From Thermococcus sp. (GTDB lineage Archaea > Methanobacteriota_B > Thermococci > Thermococcales > Thermococcaceae): a DNA stretch of 34,123 nucleotides. Positions 28,445 to 34,123 of the stretch are shown here, piece by piece. Under the pieces are notes generated by a model. That model had not been told where the DNA came from and searched no databases. It saw nothing but the letters and a program-made list of their open reading frames with translations. Both the position numbers and the translations under genes were made by a program. How positions within the stretch are numbered: the stretch's first letter is position 1; every line of letters starts with the position of its first letter. The stretch spans positions 1-34,123 of the forward strand of contig WAMH01000071.1 in the NCBI GenBank assembly GCA_015522395.1, read 5' to 3'.

Positions 28445-29163
28445 TGGTCTCGATAACCTTCGACGTTGAACACGACTGTCCACCGTATCTTACTACTAGA
28501 AGGGGGATGAGGGAGGGGCTGCCGAAGCTCCTGGACCTGATGGCAGAGAAGCGCGTGAGGGGAACCTTCTTTTTCACAGCGAAGATGGCTGAGGAGTTTC
28601 CGGGTCTCGCAAAGAGGGTGGTCGATGAGGGGCATGAACTCGGGAGCCACAACTACAACCACGAACGCCTCGATACCCTGGACTTCGAGACAGGAAGGAA
28701 AGCAATAGAGCGCTCCCTCGAGGTTCTGCGCAGATTTGGAGACGTTGTTTCGTTCCGGGCCCCCAATCTGCAGCTTCCCGGAGAGTACTACGGTGTCCTC
28801 GAGAAGAACGGCGTTCTCGTGGACTCCTCGAAGGCGGCCTACAAGGGTTACCGATCCGGAGTGAAGTTCTTTGGAAACGTTCTGGAGGTGCCGGCATCGA
28901 CCACAAGCTCCGTCATAAGGCTTCCCTGGAAGATACAAAAGATCATCCACTCCCGTCTGAAGGAGCCAAGGATTTACTTTGCTCACCCCTGGGAGTTTGT
29001 GCCCATGCAGGGGGAGAGAATAAGGTGGGACTGCCGCTTCAACACCGGCGATAAGGCCATTGAGCTCCTCGGCAGGCTAATAGACTACTACAGATCAAAG
29101 GGCGCGAGGTTCCTTACCATACGGGAGTACTACGACCTCTACGGAAAGCTTAAACGTGGGTGA
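28441..29163 (+). CDS. Polysaccharide deacetylase (NodB/CE4-like)
   Basis: TFDVE, HELGSHNYNH, FRAP, YFAHPWE. Confidence 0.88.
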   Translation: MMVSITFDVEHDCPPYLTTRRGMREGLPKLLDLMAEKRVRGTFFFTAKMAEEFPGLAKRVVDEGHELGSHNYNHERLDTLDFETGRKAIERSLEVLRRFGDVVSFRAPNLQLPGEYYGVLEKNGVLVDSSKAAYKGYRSGVKFFGNVLEVPASTTSSVIRLPWKIQKIIHSRLKEPRIYFAHPWEFVPMQGERIRWDCRFNTGDKAIELLGRLIDYYRSKGARFLTIREYYDLYGKLKRG

Positions 29164-29186
29164 GGAAATCCCTAACGGGTGAGACC

Positions 29187-30236
29187 ATGAAGGAGGCCAT
29201 GTACTGGGAGCCGCTCGACAACAACCGTGTGAGATGCAAGCTATGTCCCCTCAACTGCATAATAGACGAGGGCCAGCGCGGATCATGCAGGATACGAAAG
29301 AATATAGGAGGAAAGCTCTACACCCTCAACTACGGCAAAGTCTCAGCCATCGGAACGGATCCCGTCGAGAAAAAGCCGCTCTTCCACTTCTGGCCGGGTT
29401 CATGCGCCCTATCAATAAGCTCGGTCGGCTGTAACATGCACTGCAAGCACTGCCAGAACTGGGAGATTAGCCAGGCCGATGAGAGCTTTCCTTATCTTCA
29501 CGACATGAGCCCCGAGATGGTTGTGGCAATAGCGAAGCGCTACGGCTGTGAGAGCATAGCCTACACCTACAATGAACCGGTAATCTGGTACGAGTTCGTT
29601 CTCGACACGGCAAAGCTCGCCAGAAAAGAGGGAATCTACAACCTCCTCATAACCAACGGCTACATAAACGAGGAACCCTTCAGGGAGCTGGCCCCTTACA
29701 TTGACGCTATGAACATCGACATAAAAGCCTTCAGCGACGAGTTCTACATGAAGATAGCGAGCGTTCCGAGCGGTGAACCGAGCAGAAAAACAGCGGTAAT
29801 AGCGAAAAAGGAGTTTGGAATCCACGTGGAGCTGACCTATCTGATAATCCCGACGCTGAACGATAAGGAGGAGGAAATACGCTCATTTGCTCGCTGGGTT
29901 GTGGAAGAGCTTGGCGATGAAACGCCAGTTCACTTCTCGCGCTTCTTCCCCCACTACAAACTGATGCATCTCCCGCCGACACCGCTTGAGACGATGAACA
30001 TGGCCTACCGTATAGCTAGAGAAGAAGGCTTAAAGTTCGTCTACATCGGCAACGTGCCCGGACATCCCGGGGAGAACACCTACTGCCCGAGGTGCGGCAA
30101 ACCTTTAATAGTGCGCCACGGATTCGAGATAGTCGAGTACCACATCACACCCGACGGAAGGTGTGAGTACTGCGGTGAGAAGATACCCATCATTGGGAGG
30201 TATCAAAAGAGGGAATATCCCAGGATGTGGTGGTGA
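29187..30236 (+). CDS. amrS: AmmeMemoRadiSam-system radical SAM enzyme (PFL-activase-like)
   Basis: CNMHCKHCQNW (CxxxCxxC), DPVEKKPLFHF, YTYNEP, N- and C-terminal CxxC pairs; SD GGTGAG before ATG 29187. Confidence 0.88.
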   Translation: MKEAMYWEPLDNNRVRCKLCPLNCIIDEGQRGSCRIRKNIGGKLYTLNYGKVSAIGTDPVEKKPLFHFWPGSCALSISSVGCNMHCKHCQNWEISQADESFPYLHDMSPEMVVAIAKRYGCESIAYTYNEPVIWYEFVLDTAKLARKEGIYNLLITNGYINEEPFRELAPYIDAMNIDIKAFSDEFYMKIASVPSGEPSRKTAVIAKKEFGIHVELTYLIIPTLNDKEEEIRSFARWVVEELGDETPVHFSRFFPHYKLMHLPPTPLETMNMAYRIAREEGLKFVYIGNVPGHPGENTYCPRCGKPLIVRHGFEIVEYHITPDGRCEYCGEKIPIIGRYQKREYPRMWW

Positions 30237-31060
30237 AATTGGAGGAGATAGAGGTCATCTTCTACATTGAAGGCCTTGGAAACGAGAAGAAAGCTTTAGA
30301 AAGTGCCTTGAAAGAGACCGCCGAGAACCTCAAAAGGGAGAGAGGGGTAGAAGTTGAGTACGCCAGAGTGGAAGAGGTGCTTGAAGACCCCCAAGCGGAT
30401 CCCCTGAAGTACTCCGGGATGATAGAGGCCATGCTTAAGGGCCCACTCGAGGAGATAGTTCGCCTAACGCTTCACTACTCACCGGCGATAGTGGAGGTCG
30501 TGAAGCCTGGAAAAGTCGAGGTTGATTCCAAGGAACTAATGAAGCTCCTCGGAGAGGTATCTCTCTTCATGCGCAAGCTCATGGAGGAGTTCGGAGGTCT
30601 GGCTGCCTATCCCAAGCTCGACGATGTTCCCGTTCCAAGGATAGGCTTCGAGCGCGAGGAGATCGAGGAGCTCATAATAGGCGACAGAAACGTCCGTTAC
30701 AGACTGGTTATAGAGGTCTTCGGGAAGGACGAGGAGAGCATAAAGGAGACCATGGCGAAGGCGCTGGCAATTGAGGGATGCAGGATAAACGCCCTCGTGG
30801 TTCAGGGCGAGATGGGGGAGAAAGAGTTCAAGGGCTATTTAGCGGCGGAGCTGCTGTCCCCCATCGACACGCTTGCCCAGCTGGTCGGGAAGTACGCACC
30901 GGTTGCAATATCCATACTCGAACCTGAGGTGGTGGATATAACCGCCAACGAGCTCCAGAACATCCTGACGGACCTGGGTGGGTTCGTGAACGAGCTCGTC
31001 ACCAGACCCGTGAGGAAGATGATAGCGGACAGGCAGAACACGACCTTCAAGCTCCAGTGA
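30227..31060 (+). CDS. Hypothetical protein with two internally repeated domains
   Basis: The two halves align (IEGLG/IEVFG; YSPAIVEVVKP/YAPVAISILEP; ELMKLL/ELQNIL). Start is one of three GTGs at 30227-30233. Confidence 0.8.
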   Translation: MVVKLEEIEVIFYIEGLGNEKKALESALKETAENLKRERGVEVEYARVEEVLEDPQADPLKYSGMIEAMLKGPLEEIVRLTLHYSPAIVEVVKPGKVEVDSKELMKLLGEVSLFMRKLMEEFGGLAAYPKLDDVPVPRIGFEREEIEELIIGDRNVRYRLVIEVFGKDEESIKETMAKALAIEGCRINALVVQGEMGEKEFKGYLAAELLSPIDTLAQLVGKYAPVAISILEPEVVDITANELQNILTDLGGFVNELVTRPVRKMIADRQNTTFKLQ

Positions 31061-31081
31061 TATTATCGTCAAAAGGCGAAA

Positions 31082-31118
31082 GGGCTATAGGCATTTAATT
31101 AAGCCCGCTTTTATTTTT
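31082..31118 (+). terminator. Weak hairpin plus T-tract terminator
   Basis: GGGCT...AGCCC followed by T-rich tracts. Confidence 0.45.
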
Positions 31119-31162
31119 ACGGCAATGAGCGAGCTTTTTTTGGACAGAGAAAGGGTCTGAAA

Positions 31163-31178
31163 GCGAAAAGTATATATA
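31163..31178 (+). promoter_or_regulatory. Strong BRE/TATA promoter of the S-layer gene
   Basis: GCGAAAAG-TATATATA about 85 nt upstream of ATG 31261, implying a 5' UTR of roughly 60 nt. Confidence 0.75.
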
Positions 31179-31260
31179 CCCTAACCCGGTAGAAGTCCAT
31201 TGACAACATCTGTTAGGCCATACCAGGGTGCAAGCCCAAAGATAGGGAGGTGTATGGAAG

Positions 31261-33105
31261 ATGAAAGTTAAGAAGATCGCGGCGCTTGCAATCGGTGCCG
31301 CAATGATCGGAGCCACGATGGGCTTTGCCAGCGCTCAGCCGACCGTTCCGAACATACCGAAGAGCTTCTTCGTGAACCCTAACGGGACCCCGAACGTTAA
31401 AATCGTTGTCGGAAGCAACGCTGCTGCCATGGACGTTGCCAGCGCGGCTGACATAGCCGTTGCCCTTGGAAGCCTGCTCTACACCGAGAAGGAGGTTCAG
31501 GCCCAGGGCGACTACGTTAAGATAACCGCCACCTACGCCCCGGCCACCGAGGCCATGTGGACCATCTACGCTTACAACTACACCACGATAACCGAGGACC
31601 ACAACATAACCAACATAACCAGCTGGGCAACCAGCTACGACCAGCTTCCGGGTGACTACTGGTACAATGGTGCCGCCTTTACCGCCAACTACACCACCTG
31701 GAAGGAGAACTTCAACGTCCCGACCACCCTCAAGGGCAAGGACAAGTCGGGCGAGTACACCTTTGACTGGCACATCACCATCAGCCACCCGAGCCTCATG
31801 TCAACCAACCCGTCCAACTGGAACCAGACCGCCCCGCCGAAGAGCGCTGACATAGCTGTTGCACCCGGCCAGTTCCACATACTCGTTGACTACGTGCTCT
31901 ACAACTACAGCGTCACCACCACCGAGACCGTCACCCTCGGCGAGCCCGAGTGGGGTACGACCACCGAGACCGAGAACGTAACCAACTACTACATAGGTGA
32001 CAAGGAGGAGATGGAAGCCGCGGGTGGAAATGGTAGCATCATCTTCCAGGGAATTGGAGCCGGTGACACCTTCACGGTCTTCGGCCAGGAGTACCACGTC
32101 CTCAGCGTTGGCAACAACACCTTCACCGCCGGTCATGTAGCAGGCGACCAGTGGTACCAGGTCGGCCAGCCGCAGGCCATACCGGGTACAAACTGGGTGG
32201 TCAACGTCCTCGACATCAGTATAACCGACCAGAGGGCCCTCATCACCGTCAAGAACACCGAGACCGGCGCCGAGACTGACCAGATAATCCTCAACCAGAA
32301 CGAGCCGGTTTATATTATCAGCACCAGCAGCGGCCTTGAGGCCACTACCACCTTTAACGGTCAGGCAGACCTTATACTCAAGCTCGAGGACACCTTCGTC
32401 GGTATCGACGGCCACCTCATAGCCAACATCTACGCAGAGTACAACATCCAGTCCCTCGGGCCGGTCTTCCACCCGGTCAGCGGATGGAACGCCACCGTCA
32501 GCACCAGTGACGGATACATAACCAACATAAGCCTCGTCAACGCCAAGGAACTCGAGGGCAACCCGCTCGACATATTCGGCACCTACAACCTCATGTACAA
32601 GTACGTCCAGAAGAGCTACGACGAGTACTACAACCCCGCCTCCGGTGAGTTCGTCAAGGCTCCCTCAGGCAAGTCATTCATAGTCGCCTACGCCTACATC
32701 TGCCTCAAGGACAAGGAGGGCAAGGTCGTCGAGAAGGAGATCAAGGTCGGCGACCAGATTCCGGGAACCGACTTCGTCGTCAGCGAGATAGCCGCCAACG
32801 TCACCCAGATCGAGCTTAAGCCTGTCACCCAGCCAATAACCGTCATGGACTTCGAGGTTAACATGGAGAACCCGGGAGCCAACCTCATACTCGTCGGCGG
32901 CCCGGTCGCCAACAAGATAACCAAGTACCTCGTCGAGCAGAACATCAGCAAAATCAACTGGTACAACAGCACTGGCGACATCGAGTACATCCCGAACGCC
33001 CTCGGCGGCAAGGATGTCGTCATCGTTGCCGGTGCCAACAGGACCGACACCAGGATGGCTGCCGAGGCCCTCATGAAGTACATCGCCGAGCTCGTTAAGG
33101 AGTGA
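31261..33105 (+). CDS. S-layer (cell surface) glycoprotein
   Basis: MKVKKIAALAIG signal peptide, IVVGSNAAAMDVASAADIA and NLILVGGPVAN terminal domains, about 16 N-x-S/T sequons, strong C-ending codon bias. Confidence 0.95.
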   Translation: MKVKKIAALAIGAAMIGATMGFASAQPTVPNIPKSFFVNPNGTPNVKIVVGSNAAAMDVASAADIAVALGSLLYTEKEVQAQGDYVKITATYAPATEAMWTIYAYNYTTITEDHNITNITSWATSYDQLPGDYWYNGAAFTANYTTWKENFNVPTTLKGKDKSGEYTFDWHITISHPSLMSTNPSNWNQTAPPKSADIAVAPGQFHILVDYVLYNYSVTTTETVTLGEPEWGTTTETENVTNYYIGDKEEMEAAGGNGSIIFQGIGAGDTFTVFGQEYHVLSVGNNTFTAGHVAGDQWYQVGQPQAIPGTNWVVNVLDISITDQRALITVKNTETGAETDQIILNQNEPVYIISTSSGLEATTTFNGQADLILKLEDTFVGIDGHLIANIYAEYNIQSLGPVFHPVSGWNATVSTSDGYITNISLVNAKELEGNPLDIFGTYNLMYKYVQKSYDEYYNPASGEFVKAPSGKSFIVAYAYICLKDKEGKVVEKEIKVGDQIPGTDFVVSEIAANVTQIELKPVTQPITVMDFEVNMENPGANLILVGGPVANKITKYLVEQNISKINWYNSTGDIEYIPNALGGKDVVIVAGANRTDTRMAAEALMKYIAELVKE

Positions 33106-33106
33106 G

Positions 33107-33128
33107 CTCTTTTTCTCTCCTTTCCTTT
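33107..33128 (+). terminator. Pyrimidine/oligo-T terminator after the S-layer gene
   Basis: Long pyrimidine run with a T-tract directly after the stop. Confidence 0.6.
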
Positions 33129-33153
33129 GGCTTCTTCTCGGTTTTAGGGGGTT

Positions 33154-33951
33154 TTGACCTTGAACGGAAAGAGGCTCGCAGTGATACTTGTAGTTCTCCT
33201 GCTCGTGGTTGCCCCCCTCAGCTATGTTGCCTACGCCCTCCACAACTACGGCAGGCTCATAAACCCGGGAACCCCAAAGGGAGTCGAGAGATACGCGGTT
33301 ATATACGCCTCGGATCAATTCTACGTGTTAACGGAGGAACAGTACCGGGAGCTCCTCCAGAACGGGACGAAACTGCCCGAAGGAGCGCAGGTTTTCAACG
33401 TCACCCTGGAAAGCTACCTCACGGGCAGCCCCAAGGTCGACCTGAACCTGACGCTTAGGAGCTTCTACGACTACTTCACGATAGTGCTTGGCTCCCCCTC
33501 CGTAATAAACTGCAAGGACAACCCCAACCTCTACGTCGGCAACTGCGAGTACAGGACGCTCTCGGTGTCCGAGATATCCGCCCTCGTCTCCAACCTGTTC
33601 TCCGTGAACTACTACCTAAAGGGACTTGAGATGGGCTACGACAACGTCACAGCCAAGCAGTACGCCTTTAACCAGACGTGGATGAGGTTCAGGAAAACCT
33701 ACCTCAACTTTTGGACGAAGTTCGACCTCGGAAGGGGCAAGATAGGAAACGAAAAGAACCTCGCGGTTCTGCTAATCGGACCGGCCGAAGGGGCAGAGAA
33801 GAACGCCGTTTTCGTGCCCAGAAAGGGTGTCCTCGTGATAGAGGGAACAACCGACGAGACCATAAGGGCGGAGATAGTCCTAATAGAGAACGTCATAGGG
33901 TTCCAGTGGCCCAAGGGCAACCAGACGAAGATGGTTCAGATCACAGGGTGA
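33154..33951 (+). CDS. Hypothetical N-terminally anchored surface protein
   Basis: KR followed by a hydrophobic N-terminal helix, several sequons, a Cys pair; start is TTG 33154 or 33160. Confidence 0.75.
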   Translation: MTLNGKRLAVILVVLLLVVAPLSYVAYALHNYGRLINPGTPKGVERYAVIYASDQFYVLTEEQYRELLQNGTKLPEGAQVFNVTLESYLTGSPKVDLNLTLRSFYDYFTIVLGSPSVINCKDNPNLYVGNCEYRTLSVSEISALVSNLFSVNYYLKGLEMGYDNVTAKQYAFNQTWMRFRKTYLNFWTKFDLGRGKIGNEKNLAVLLIGPAEGAEKNAVFVPRKGVLVIEGTTDETIRAEIVLIENVIGFQWPKGNQTKMVQITG

Positions 33952-34123
33952 TTAGACCACCCAAGAGTTCTCTCTTTTCTTCCCCCACCAGTTTGAAGAA
34001 CTCGTCTTCGCTCCTGAAGGGCCTCTTCGCAAGGATTTTGATGGCAGTTTTCCTCCCGATTCCCGGAATAAGTTCCAGGGTCTTGGGGCTTTCTCGGTTA
34101 ATGTTTATTGGAACCGGAATTCC
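33941..34123 (-). CDS. 3' end of a gene running off the window; C-terminal helix-hairpin-helix DNA-binding motif
   Basis: Minus strand reads GIPVPININRESPKTLELIPGIGRKTAIKILAKRPFRSEDEFFKLVGEEKRELLGGLITL*; IPGIG HhH motif. Confidence 0.8.
   Translation of the reverse strand, partial: GIPVPININRESPKTLELIPGIGRKTAIKILAKRPFRSEDEFFKLVGEEKRELLGGLITL

Noticed and set aside
31213-33318. Long minus-strand ORFs (191, 223, 214 aa) over the S-layer gene; likewise those over argF and the flippase
   Set aside because: Expected shadows of strongly C-ending codon usage on the coding strand.

Overview
Gene-dense archaeal chromosome segment, almost certainly Thermococcales and probably Thermococcus. The evidence is GGTGA/GGAGG Shine-Dalgarno sites, BRE/TATA promoters, oligo-T terminators, aIF5A, Nep1, EndoQ and a Thermococcales-type S-layer gene. 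It is mostly a housekeeping backbone: CaCA antiporter, HIT, thyX, two DUF996-like genes, argF, RsmB/NOP m5C methyltransferase, phosphoesterase, lysine/saccharopine dehydrogenase, nep1, SNF-like transporter, aIF5A, USP-NhaD/ArsB-USP, agmatinase, NhaP, CBS+CPA2, CLC, endoQ, thiL, flippase-GT4-deacetylase, AmmeMemoRadiSam radical SAM, S-layer. I saw no rRNA, tRNA, CRISPR, transposase or integrase. Most notable observations: (1) four 18-bp palindromes at an exact 32-bp period (5919-6033) between convergent genes; (2) next to them, a decayed copy of the rsmB promoter and first 12 codons, which suggests a surface HExxH lipoprotein gene was inserted at the 5' end of rsmB; (3) a doubly frameshifted gene with a CitX-like motif, co-oriented with a metallophosphoesterase; (4) a PIG-A-like glycosyltransferase/deacetylase/flippase unit upstream of the S-layer gene, a candidate GPI-like glycolipid pathway; (5) a low-GC CLC gene lacking the proton glutamate; (6) a structured S-layer 5' UTR. 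All family assignments come from motif recognition, not database searches.
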